37,668 bases of DNA, from positions 1 to 37,668 of the forward strand of contig JAUCBJ010001951.1 in NCBI GenBank assembly GCA_032718475.1, given 5' to 3'. The position numbers and the translations under genes are program-made. Position 1 is the stretch's first letter; each line of letters opens with the position of its first letter. This DNA is from Nemertoderma westbladi. Lineage: Eukaryota > Animalia > Xenacoelomorpha. This document shows, one piece after another, positions 1-10,373 of the stretch. The notes under the pieces are model-generated. The model was given only the letters and a program-made list of their open reading frames with translations, ran no database searches and had not been told where the DNA came from.

Positions 1-368
1 ACTGCACATAGGCATTGCGTCATTTCTCGGAAATTTTCTGTACAAGGAGCCACAAAAACGCTCTCATTGGCTGACTGAACTGAGAGACGCCGTAGAACAA
101 AGGAAATCAACACGTATGAATGTCAGCTGTTAACTGTAGTCATAGTAACTACTGTTCAAGAGTAGCTATCACCCTTTTGCGTCACGAATTGCCATAGAAT
201 CATAAAATATGCCTTTCACAGTACACATACGGAGGAAATAGGTCTTAGATCCTCTAAAAACACCGATACAGCAATAATACGGTCTCTTACACTTATTAAA
301 TCAACTACAGAGTATTTTAATGTAAAAGATAATAAAAATAACGGGGCAATTCAGCAAAGGCTTTTACA
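1..368 (-). mobile_element. Inverted, diverged copy of the 5' (U3) part of LTR family B; runs off the window edge
   Basis: Reverse complement begins TGTAAAAGCCTTTGCTGAATTGCCCCGTTATTTT and stays collinear with 7224-7560 (TGTAAAAGCTTTTGCTGAATTGTCCGGTTATTTT ... CCAATCAGAGCGTTT). No PPT adjoins it, so it is a 5' or solo LTR. Confidence 0.85.
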
Positions 369-413
369 CAGGAGAATCAAGACTGCATAAATAAACAGTT
401 AACAGCTAGTCAA

Positions 414-3400
414 ATGCAGATGATGGGTCGATCAACTCCCAAAAGACAGGGATATACATCATCTGAGGAAGGCGATACCACCGATCCTGAAGGCGGAGGA
501 AATAGATCTCGTCTAAGCAGACATAGAAGAATGTCCCACCGTCAGAAATTGCCTGATTTGCCCCCAGCTGTTAGAAGGCAACTAAATAACACAAACTTAG
601 GTAGTATAGAACCCACAGACCAAATAATTAACATAGAAAGACTCCCTACTATAGTAGATGAGCCTGAAATAATTAGGCCTGTTCTTGAAGCCACCCCTTC
701 GGTGATAGAGACACCTGTACTCCCTGAACCTACCTCTAAATTCCCTCTGCACAGCACGAAGCTACCTGTGCCCCACAGAACCACCCCTGAAATTGTTCAT
801 GTCCTGGACTCCGAGCGAAATATTCATGACTTGTCGCCCGCTGTCCCTCGTCCGCCCGCTACAACGTTGGCGCCTCCCGCTTCGGCGGTCGAGTGGGTAG
901 ATGAGGGACGACGGGAGATGGGTCTCCTGCTCGGACAGCTGAGGGAACAACATTCTCGCTCCTCTCAGCAGGCCCAGGATATGGAGGGAACTGTGCAGCA
1001 GTTAAAGGGAACAATTAGAGAGAGTAGGTTAGAGTTGCAAGAAGTGCAGCAAAGTATCGCGTTAGAACGCGATAAATTAGTAAATACACAAAAGGGTATA
1101 TCACCAACCCCGGTAACAATGTGTCAACCTGTTAGGTCTGAAGTATTTCATGCGCAAGGTGTGGAGCCTACACGCATCTATACTGCTAGCGAAGTAGAAA
1201 CTCCCATAGTAAACCTTATTAAGGGTAATTATAAACCAGTTGACAATGATATCCCATATAGAACTGATCATAATCCGAGAAATTTATATACCGATAATTC
1301 TATATTCAATAATACGATGGCTCAAGAAAGTTTTACGCGTCAAATGGCTAGAACCGAAGCCCGGCAAGTGGTAAAGGTGGGAGAGATCGTCAAGTTCAAT
1401 GGAGATGAGATGAAATGGTTACCTTTTAATGAATATTATAAAGATAACATACAGAACTCTGTACTATCTAACGGAGAGAAACTTAGATTCCTCATCGAAT
1501 GTTTGGAAGGACCTCCCAAGTCAATGGCGTTAAAATTTATTGGACATCCAGATGGATTAAGACAAGTTTGGGATACACTAAACATCAGGTATGGTAATAG
1601 GACTAACATAGCTAGGTATTTATATGCGAAATTAATGGCGCCCCGAAAGTTTCTTAGCAGCGGGATTATAGAGTTTTCCGATGAGATTCAGGAGATCTGT
1701 AGACAACTAGATTGGTTAGGTAAGTCTCATGAATACCAGAATTCTATGGTTGTAGGAGCCTTAGCATCTACTTTGCCCAAGGGTGGAGTAGGTACACGCT
1801 GGGACAAGAAGGTGTTATATATGATGGAACAACAACGACGAGACCCTACCATGACTGATCTCATGTCATTCTTAGATAGAGAAGTGAAATTACAGCTCCT
1901 AAGGCAGTCCAGAGAGAAGACATTGGAAAACAAGGTAAGTGAGAAACCCGTTTCTAGGAGAAGGGTAACACCAGTATGTTATACCGACGACGGTGAAAGC
2001 CAAACTTCTCAAGGAGAGGACAGCGGGAAAGACACTGACAGATCTTATTATGTCAATAAAATGCCTAAAGATCAGGTAAGTAAATCCGAGTCTCGACCCA
2101 ATGACAGAAGGGAACCGGTACAAAAAACCCGACCTACGTCTCCTAAAAGAATTCAGGTGAGAAAGCCCGAGGAAAGAACAAGTGTGCACCACATAGCACA
2201 GGTTAAAGTAAGTAACATCAAGCCGAAATGTGTGCTGTGCGACGGGCCCCACCGTTTAAATGCGTGTGATAAATTCCTGAGGAAATCACTTGAGGATAGA
2301 CGTGAAGTCATGTGGGATAAGCGGTTGTGTTATAATTGCCTCAGACGAGGACACCAACGGCGAACCTGTAACTCCGATGCAAGGTGTGCAAAGTGCGGCG
2401 CAAAACATCATATCTTGTTGCACACGGAATTCGAACGAAACAGCCCGAGTCAGGTAAGTGAGTCCGAACTACATGTCCAATTCAGTAATGTGAACGACAC
2501 TGATCAATCTGAGATGGAAGGATTCTATACGGACGAGTTCTCCGACGAAAACGAATCCTGTTACTTAATAAACACCACCGCAGTGTATCGAGCACTCATG
2601 TATGAGAAAGACACAGACAGCGACCTTACTTTAACTACTTCCGATCAACAACCATCTTGGAAAGCGCCAACTTCCAATATAGGAATCCGAGAATTTCCTG
2701 TAGTCCAGTTACGGGTCCACGGACCTCAGAAGAGCTATACAGTGAACGCCCTCCTGGACTCCGGCAGCACAGGAACATTCATCGATAAAGAACTAGCCGA
2801 AGACATCTTTACTGGACAACCCAAGTTCCGAACCAAGCTACACATGTCAGGGATCATGCAGGTTTGGAAATCTGCTGTGGCTGCCGACTATTATATAGGT
2901 GAGTTGTCCACTCCACAGGATAAACTAGGAGAACACAGTATAAGGTCAGTCAAAATGGTGGCAATAAAGAACTTCGCTACTACTCAAGCAGACCTTTATA
3001 ATTGGGACGAGGATGAGAGCATCCAACATCTTAAGATACCTCGATTCCAGACTGATTATCCTGGAGTGCAAATACTCATCGGCCAAAATGCGCATGAGGC
3101 GCTGGAGACATTAGAGAAACGACCTACTCAACCGCAACCACTTCAGACCTATGCGGTAAGAACTAGAGTAGGTTGGTACCTTACTGGACCTTCCCGTAGA
3201 ACGCTCAGGGAAAGACTGCTTCAAGATCGCGTCTGCCAGGTGAGTGAATGGGAAGATGATACTAGTGAGGGAGACGACCCAACTGAGGGAACACCACACT
3301 CCTCAGATAATGACAATCTTAGCTCCAATGTAGATCAATGGAGATATTGCCCCAAGAAGTTTAATCCAATGGACATCGCTTCCAGAGGAGCAACTCCTCA

Positions 3401-3968
3401 AGAACTGACAGATACTATAGACCGGTTAGGTAAACCCGACTTCCTGAGTAAGGAGAATGAATGGCCTCCCCATCTTACTCCGACTGAGATTAGACCAGCC
3501 AAGGGAGCGGAGAAAGTCGAACCTGAAACCCGGACGGGTGGATCGGAGTTATTTGAACCCGGGATAGATCTGTCGGTATTACATGTTGCCAGGGACGACG
3601 CCGTGGATCTGGGCCTCCCCTCCGCGAGTGGATCCTTCATGAAGATCAGAGAGAGCGATTGGAGCTCTGGAACATCAGACGTCTCGCAGGGACTCTCACC
3701 TCTCCTGCAGAGAGCGACGGACCACTATAGCTCCTGGAATCGGCTTTGTGACGCCGTCATATACTTTGAGCGATGTTTCTATCGTCACTATTCCAGGACG
3801 AAGAGGAAACCTGGAATTGTATTCAGGATGCAGCGACTCAATCACCCAGTCGGTCGTTTGTGTTTATCGGAAGGGAATGGAGGACTCTCCGGAAACTGTG
3901 GAAGGCAAGATTCTCTTCCCACGACCACCTCCCTAATCCTTCAAACATCTAGGGACTCCATAACGTAA
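414..3968 (+). CDS. BEL/Pao LTR-retrotransposon Gag-protease polyprotein, lacking RT, most of RNase H and integrase
   Basis: DUF1759-like Gag core (KFNGDEMKWLPF...KLRFLIECLEG...RYG). Three BEL-type Cys/His knuckles (CVLCDGPHRLNAC, CYNCLRRGHQRRTC, CAKCGAKHHILLH). Aspartic protease ALLDSGS plus ILIG and TRVGWYLTGP. Then directly the RNase H C-terminal motif QWRYCPKKFNPMDIASRG and SSWNRL. No YxDD or DDE motifs seen. Confidence 0.9.
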   Translation: MQMMGRSTPKRQGYTSSEEGDTTDPEGGGNRSRLSRHRRMSHRQKLPDLPPAVRRQLNNTNLGSIEPTDQIINIERLPTIVDEPEIIRPVLEATPSVIETPVLPEPTSKFPLHSTKLPVPHRTTPEIVHVLDSERNIHDLSPAVPRPPATTLAPPASAVEWVDEGRREMGLLLGQLREQHSRSSQQAQDMEGTVQQLKGTIRESRLELQEVQQSIALERDKLVNTQKGISPTPVTMCQPVRSEVFHAQGVEPTRIYTASEVETPIVNLIKGNYKPVDNDIPYRTDHNPRNLYTDNSIFNNTMAQESFTRQMARTEARQVVKVGEIVKFNGDEMKWLPFNEYYKDNIQNSVLSNGEKLRFLIECLEGPPKSMALKFIGHPDGLRQVWDTLNIRYGNRTNIARYLYAKLMAPRKFLSSGIIEFSDEIQEICRQLDWLGKSHEYQNSMVVGALASTLPKGGVGTRWDKKVLYMMEQQRRDPTMTDLMSFLDREVKLQLLRQSREKTLENKVSEKPVSRRRVTPVCYTDDGESQTSQGEDSGKDTDRSYYVNKMPKDQVSKSESRPNDRREPVQKTRPTSPKRIQVRKPEERTSVHHIAQVKVSNIKPKCVLCDGPHRLNACDKFLRKSLEDRREVMWDKRLCYNCLRRGHQRRTCNSDARCAKCGAKHHILLHTEFERNSPSQVSESELHVQFSNVNDTDQSEMEGFYTDEFSDENESCYLINTTAVYRALMYEKDTDSDLTLTTSDQQPSWKAPTSNIGIREFPVVQLRVHGPQKSYTVNALLDSGSTGTFIDKELAEDIFTGQPKFRTKLHMSGIMQVWKSAVAADYYIGELSTPQDKLGEHSIRSVKMVAIKNFATTQADLYNWDEDESIQHLKIPRFQTDYPGVQILIGQNAHEALETLEKRPTQPQPLQTYAVRTRVGWYLTGPSRRTLRERLLQDRVCQVSEWEDDTSEGDDPTEGTPHSSDNDNLSSNVDQWRYCPKKFNPMDIASRGATPQELTDTIDRLGKPDFLSKENEWPPHLTPTEIRPAKGAEKVEPETRTGGSELFEPGIDLSVLHVARDDAVDLGLPSASGSFMKIRESDWSSGTSDVSQGLSPLLQRATDHYSSWNRLCDAVIYFERCFYRHYSRTKRKPGIVFRMQRLNHPVGRLCLSEGNGGLSGNCGRQDSLPTTTSLILQTSRDSIT

Positions 3969-3984
3969 CAACATATGGAGTGGG

Positions 3985-4471
3985 TGTGTGACTCTATTAT
4001 TTTATATTATTTTATTATTTTTATATTTCTGTATGTATTACTATGTAATTTTATTATAATCGTTTTCTTTAATTTTATTCAGTAGAATGTTATTTTAGCG
4101 ATTATTTAGTAGATTAGTGCAATATATATTCGCGTTTATTACTTAATTACGTATATATTATATTTAATGCGACGGCAAGAAATAATTATTTTCCTCTTTC
4201 TTTACTGTCCGTATCATATTATAAATACGTGACTACAGTAAGATGAAATGTCCGTACTTATTAAAGTACAATAAAGTCACTACTATATTTAAGTATTATT
4301 GGTAGGCAGAGTATTAGGAATGCAAAGTTCAGATCCTCGTGTCTCGGCTAAACCAAGCTCTGGGTAGACCTTGGAAACGACTTGCCTCTTCACACTGACA
4401 TTGCTTCGTGCGATATTGCTCTCATACCGTATATTAAATAATACATATAGTAGCGTGATTTCCCTTTAACA
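3985..4471 (+). mobile_element. Probable 3' LTR (family A) of the BEL/Pao element
   Basis: Purine-rich GGAGTGGG (3977-3984) just after the stop, then TGT. AT-rich body with TATAAA and AATAAA/ATTAAA, ending ...CTTTAACA. There is no second copy in the window, so the ends are unconfirmed. Confidence 0.5.
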
Positions 4472-4490
4472 GTAGCGTATCACGCAAAAT

Positions 4491-4800
4491 AAATCTGTTA
4501 AACCCTTTGACCATCTGTAATTCTAGTCGATTAAGATATCGCGGCACCCACCGATATACTTGAAAGACAAATTCTAGAATCAGTGGTTAACGTCCCCAGA
4601 CAAGTTCTGGAATAAATCGGTGCCCATCTCAAATATTAATTATTTAATATTTGCAAATCTAATATATCAAATCTGTAAAATTCAGATCCTTCAACAATTC
4701 TAGTCAATTAAGATATCGTAGCATTTACCGATATTCTTAAAAAGACAATTGTCATAGAATTAAGGATCTTGTGTCCCCAGACATGTTCTAGAATCAAAAT
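4491..4800 (+). repeat. Degenerate direct repeat, period about 178 bp
   Basis: AAATCTGT...AATTCTAGTC(G/A)ATTAAGATATCG...ACCGATAT...AAAGACAA...GTCCCCAGACA(A/T)GTTCT occurs twice. Confidence 0.75.
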
Positions 4801-5624
4801 ATGTCAATTTAATTATCAAATAATAAAATTTCAGGGAATAAATTTGAATTCATGCCTTTTAATGAATTTAATAAATTGCCATTTTTACGCAATTTATAAC
4901 ATTCCCAAAATTCCATTAATTAATAGATCAAGGGAGCGGAGATTTATCTTATTATGCATATGAGTGTGCGAAAGTCTCCCAAACATAGTCAATAGCCGAT
5001 AAAATTCATAAAGTCATGTATAAAACAGAACATTGACTATTAAAGAATACTATTAAATAACATCCCAGATCTGTATGCATTGGAATTACTCTAATTCTAC
5101 CGCTATCTTTACATAATGTCACCATAGCAACAACCACGCTAGAATTAGAATTGAGTTAAGAGAACAATAGAAAGCTTGTCCCATTGAATAGCATAGGGAA
5201 TAAATAGTGCACTGATAGTATCCAAGGATACATAATAATACAGTGACATTCTGGAAGGCATTGACTAACGGACAAGTGACCCGAGTGTGTGTAATTTGTG
5301 ACAAGTTGTGTGTGTGGTATTTGTGAGTTTATAGGTGAATGTTACTGCTAAGGTGTGTTTACAGTAGCTAGTCGCAATCGTAAAAGTAACCTAACTCTCC
5401 AAGGAAAACCTGAAGTACATCTAAGCCTTTGGGACGGACAGTTGAGTGACTTGTGCCGGTTGTCGTTGTCGTTGTGCGGCTACGTCGTTGGCGAAAGTAC
5501 AGCGGCGACGACACATCGGTGCTGAGGATCTCGTACTGTCCGGGGGTTGATTGGGGTAGGCAGCGACGCCCGCTCGCCTAAATATAAACTCATTATAATA
5601 TGGATAAACTCATATATAGCAGAT

Positions 5625-6584
5625 ATGACGGAGTTGATAGAAGATGTTCTTGGTATCGGGGAGCGATATACTCTACTTTTGCAAGCGTTTGTTGATAGCT
5701 TAATACGCGGCGGCGTTAGTCCAACTGCTGCGGAGGACGATGGTCGTTATATCGAACCGCCAATGTCCCAAGAGCAGCTCGCGCGCGAGTTGGACTATAG
5801 AAAATTCGCTGCTCGATATACGCAGCGTAATGGTACGTATATGGCCTTCTTAACTACTGGTCATCCTATCGATTTACACGATATAGACGATATAGACACC
5901 AAAAGGGAAATGGTTCTATTTAAATATCATACCCAGCGGAGGCGGAACAATAAACCGAGAATCGAACATGAGAATTCTATGCGAAACCGAATCGAAAGAG
6001 AAGACGTTGAGGAGCCGGATAAACGCAGCGACTTCAACGATTATCTGGAATTCCTGATAGAAACATATCTCAATATTGCCAGTCAACAAAATCTAGAAAC
6101 TCGATATCCTCAAGGTATACATCATGACTGCATGGTAGAACTCAAACGGCTCGATTCCCCTATGATGTATCTTACCGCCGATCGACCGCTACCTGTTGTA
6201 CCGAATAGCTTCGAACGGATGGAGGAATATTGTAAGCTGGAGAACGATCACCCGCGTTTCCCCTACAAGACGTACGTTTTTGGGTATTATTGCGATGAAT
6301 GCCCAAGACCCAACCAACAAACGGAAAGACATAAACATCCGCGGAGACGTTGCTTTAAACACGGTTTTACTCGCTATACTTACAGGAGTTTCGAGCGAAA
6401 CTTGTTCAATGTATCACCTACGCTCGTTCGACTCAGACGATCCTTAAATAAACCAATGATCAGAGTTTCGGAATACTCGATCAGAGCTCCTCATTCCCTA
6501 GTGAGACCTCAGACTCTTGATCCTATTAGTATGACGGATCCTCCCGAGCTGTATTCACTGTTCAAAGATCTAGTGCTACCCTAA
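5625..6584 (+). CDS. Unknown protein carried by LTR family B (319 aa from the first ATG), with a CX2CX16CX2H motif
   Basis: Open frame 5547-6584, first ATG at 5625, motif CDEC-x16-CFKH. The homologous frame in unit 2 reads GAA where this copy has its TAA stop. Confidence 0.65.
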   Translation: MTELIEDVLGIGERYTLLLQAFVDSLIRGGVSPTAAEDDGRYIEPPMSQEQLARELDYRKFAARYTQRNGTYMAFLTTGHPIDLHDIDDIDTKREMVLFKYHTQRRRNNKPRIEHENSMRNRIEREDVEEPDKRSDFNDYLEFLIETYLNIASQQNLETRYPQGIHHDCMVELKRLDSPMMYLTADRPLPVVPNSFERMEEYCKLENDHPRFPYKTYVFGYYCDECPRPNQQTERHKHPRRRCFKHGFTRYTYRSFERNLFNVSPTLVRLRRSLNKPMIRVSEYSIRAPHSLVRPQTLDPISMTDPPELYSLFKDLVLP

Positions 6585-6921
6585 CAATTAATCGGTAACA
6601 CTCCGACAGTGATTTCTAGCTAGCCGCCCATCTTACCTAGCCGGATTGTGACGCGGACACCTAATATCACTATCCAACCGTATGGTCGTCCCCGTTTAAC
6701 GCGATACAACCCCTCATCAAGGTGAAGGAGAGCGTTGTACGAAACGAGTTAAACGCTATTCTATAAAGATCAAAAAAGAAACCTGCGTTTGTTCAGATAA
6801 ACGTAAGTTATAACAGTAAGTCCAATCGATAAACGAATTGGCCTTATCTCAATTCGATTGGGAAATCCAGAATCTCTAAGAAGTTATCGAACTTGGACGA
6901 TCCTATTCTCTGCGAGAGTTT

Positions 6922-7223
6922 TTGGATGAACGTATCCAGCTACGAGCGGAGGAAAATCAGCTCGAGGAGAAGCATATCGAAACGGCAGATACCTCGACCA
7001 CAATCCTACACCTTCTGATGCAATCATATTGCACCCTTCACCCAGGAGTTATGGCCCTCCTAGTAAAGTGGCTCCCCCCAAAGAGAAAAAGACTCTTGCT
7101 AGTCTCAAAAAACTGCGTAAACGCCGTCTGCGTAAGAAAGACTAACTGTTTAGAGTATCTTTATGTTTTAGAAACTGTGATTTTTATATTTTATAGACTG
7201 AAAATCCCATTTTCTGGGAGCGG
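6922..7223 (+). other. Small frame just upstream of the PPT, conserved in both units (also 10072-10347); coding status uncertain
   Basis: DERIQLRAEENQLEEKHIETADT...KWLPPKRK is open in both copies. It starts at a non-ATG codon. Confidence 0.3.
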
Positions 7224-8446
7224 TGTAAAAGCTTTTGCTGAATTGTCCGGTTATTTTTCCTTATTTTTCCCGTAAAATACTCTGTAGTTGGTTTACCAGG
7301 CATAAAAAGGCCGTGTCCTTGCTGTACTGGTGTTTTAGCGGACATAAAAGCTATTTCTTCTGTATTTGTACTTTAGAGGACATAATCCGTAATTCCGTGA
7401 CGTAAAAGCTCGATACTCTTGAAAACAGTGTCGCTACCATGACGACGGCTAGCAGCTGATATTGCCACGTCGACGTTTCTTTGTTTCTTTGTTCTCTCGT
7501 TGTTCAGGTTGACCAATCAGAGCGTTTGTTGTCTCTGTGTTAGAGGTGTATACAGAAACTCAGTAGTTCAGTGTTATGTTTTGCCCAGAGCCTAAGAACC
7601 GGCTTTTGGCACCTCCGTGTTTCAGTTTTTAGTCTTACACTAGTAGGCTTAATTATAAGGACATATATCCGTTATCTGATGTCTGATGTCTGATGTCTGA
7701 TGTCTGATGTCTGCATACTGCATACTGCAGTACTGCATACACTGCATACTGTGTAACACTGTGCATACTTTTATATTATTATACTGCTATTTACTGTCAG
7801 TTCTTCATAATATGGTTGATGAATTATTATATTTGGAATAACGATAAATAACCCCGAAACCCAATATTCTTGATATACCGAAGGTAAGAGAGAAGGGTTA
7901 CATATAACAATTGTGACTTATGTTAAAGTGGTTTGAAGTGAATCTAATGTTATTTGATAGACCCTACATGATTCGGTCCGTGTTCCTTTTATATATAACT
8001 AAAATCAGTGAAGATCGGCAGATCAGTGTGCAGTATTGTGCAGCATTGTGTATGAGTGAACCTGATAACGAAGCATTTCCTAAAGAATGCGCCATATATG
8101 TGAATTATAACTAAGCCATATCGTTGTGAGTAGTTTAAGTCATAACTCTGTTTGTATAGATAGAGCGCCACGTCCTAAAGGAACTGTTAATATTTCCCGA
8201 AGGTTAATAATATTGTCAGAGATTATATAATACTGTCAGTCGAATAATACATTAGGCTTACATAGCAATAAAATTAAGCCGTCGAACCCAATCTCCCGGG
8301 TATATCCAGCGGGTGAATGATCGCGCACAGATTGGTTTCGACTAGTGTAGTGAATTAAATACTTGTCATAGACTAAAGGTGATTTATTATCTAGAAGACA
8401 TCCTAATTTGGCGGGTTAAACTGCCAAAGGTCTGAAAGCGCGAACA
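7224..8446 (+). repeat. LTR family B, copy 1 (1223 bp), with internal (CTGATGT)n and (CTGCATA)n microsatellites at about 7675-7760
   Basis: TGTAAAAG start after the PPT, GAACA end, AATAAA near 8267. The 3' portion is homologous to 10720-11522. Confidence 0.85.
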
Positions 8447-8772
8447 ATTTGTGACAGTTACGTGGAATTTGTGCGTTTGTAGGTGAATGTTACTACTAAG
8501 GTGTGTTTACAGTAGCGAGTCGCAATTGTGTAAGTAGCCCTAACTCTCCAGTAAGAACCTGAAGTATATCTAAGCCTTTGGGACGGACGGTGGAGTGACT
8601 CGTGCTGGTTGTTGTAGTCATTGTGCAGCTACGACGTTGGCGATAGGCACATCGGCGAAAGTACACCAGCGCTGAGGATCTCGCACTGTCCGGGGGCAGA
8701 GAGGGGTAGGCAGCGACGCCCGCTCGCCTAAATATAAACTCATTATAATATGGATAAACTTATATAGCAGAT

Positions 8773-9902
8773 ATGATTGAGTTGATAGAAGATGATCTTG
8801 GTATCAGGGAGCGATATACTCTACCTTTACAAGCGTTTGTTGATTGCTTGATACGCGGCGACGCTGGTCCAACTACTACGGAGGACGATGGTCATTATAT
8901 CTAACCGCCAATGTCCCGGGAGCAACTTGCGCGTGGGTTGGACTGTAGAAAATTCACCGCTCGCTATACGCATCGTAATGGTACATATATGGACTTCTTA
9001 CCTACTGGTCATCCTATCGACCTACACGATACGAACGATATAGACACCAAAAGGGAAATGGTTTTATTTAAATATCATACCCAGCGGAAGCGGAACGATA
9101 AACTGAGACTCGAACACGAAAATTCTATTTGAAACCAACTCGAAAGTGCAGATGTTGAAGAGCCGGATAAACGCAGCGACTTCACCAAATACCTGGAATT
9201 CTTGAGAGAAACCTATCTCGATATTACCAGTCAACAGAATCTAGAAACTCGATATCCTCAAGGTATACATCATGACCGCATGGTAGAACTCAAACGGCTC
9301 TATTCCACTATGATGTATCTTACCGCCGATCGACCGCTACCTGTTGTACCGGATAGCTTCGAACAGATGGAGGAATATTGTAAGCTGGAGAAAGATCACT
9401 CGCGTTTCCCCTACAAGACGTGCGTCTTTGGTATTATTGCGATGAATGCCCTAGACCCAACCAACAAACGGAAAGACCTAAACATCCGCGGAGACGTTGC
9501 ACTAAACACGGTTTTACTCGCTATACTGGCGGGAGTTTCGAGCGAAATTTATTTGACGTATCACCTACGCTCGTTCGACTCAGACGATCCTTAAATAAAC
9601 CAATGATCAGAGTTTCGGAATACTTGATCAGACCTCCTCATTCCCTAGTGAGACCTCAGACTCTTGATCCTATTAGTATGACGGATCCTCCCGAGCTGTA
9701 CTCACTGTTCAAAGATCTAGTGTTACCTGAACAATTAGTCGGTGGCACCCCGGTTGTGGGCTTCCTAGATATTAGCCCATCCTACCTAGCCGGATTGGGA
9801 CACGGACATTTAATATCGCCGTTTAACCCTTACCATCGTCCCGGCTTAACACGATATAACCTGTCACCAAAGTGGCGGAGAGCGTTGTACCAAATGAGTT
9901 AG
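8773..9902 (+). pseudogene. Disrupted second copy of the LTR-B cargo ORF
   Basis: Collinear with 5625-6750. Premature stops near 8902 and 9130 and a frameshift near 9430. CDEC-x16-CTKH retained. Confidence 0.85.
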
Positions 9903-10373
9903 ACGCTATTCTACAAAGATCAGAAAAGGAACTTACGCTTGTTCAGATAAACGTAAATTGCACTAGCAAGTCCAAGCGGTAAACAAAGTAACTTTATCTC
10001 AGTTCGATCAGGAAATCCAGAATCTCTAAGAAGTTATCGAACTTGGACGGCCCTATTCTCTGCGAGAGTTTTTGGATGAACGTATCCAGCTACGTGCGGA
10101 GGAAAATCAGCTCGAGGAGAAGCATATCGAAACGGCGGATACCCCGACCATAATCCTACACCTTCTGATGCAATCATATTGCACCCTTCACCCAGGATTT
10201 ATAGCCCTCCTAGTAAAGTGGCTCCCCCCAAAGAGAAAAGGACTCTTGCTAGCTTTAAAAAACTGCGTAAACGCCATCCACGCAAGACAGACTAACTGTT
10301 TAGAGTATTTTTATATTTTAGAAACTGTGATTTTTTATATTTTATAGAATTAAATCCCATTTTCTGGGAGCGG

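Noticed and set aside
542-3936. Short ORFs overlapping gag, and likewise those overlapping the RT ORFs
   Set aside because: Antisense or alternate-frame shadows of the long ORFs, with no motifs.
1-8446. DIRS-like element with inverted terminal repeats
   Set aside because: Gag and protease are BEL-type and there is no tyrosine recombinase. The repeats have PPT and TG...CA features of ordinary LTRs, so nesting explains the inversion.
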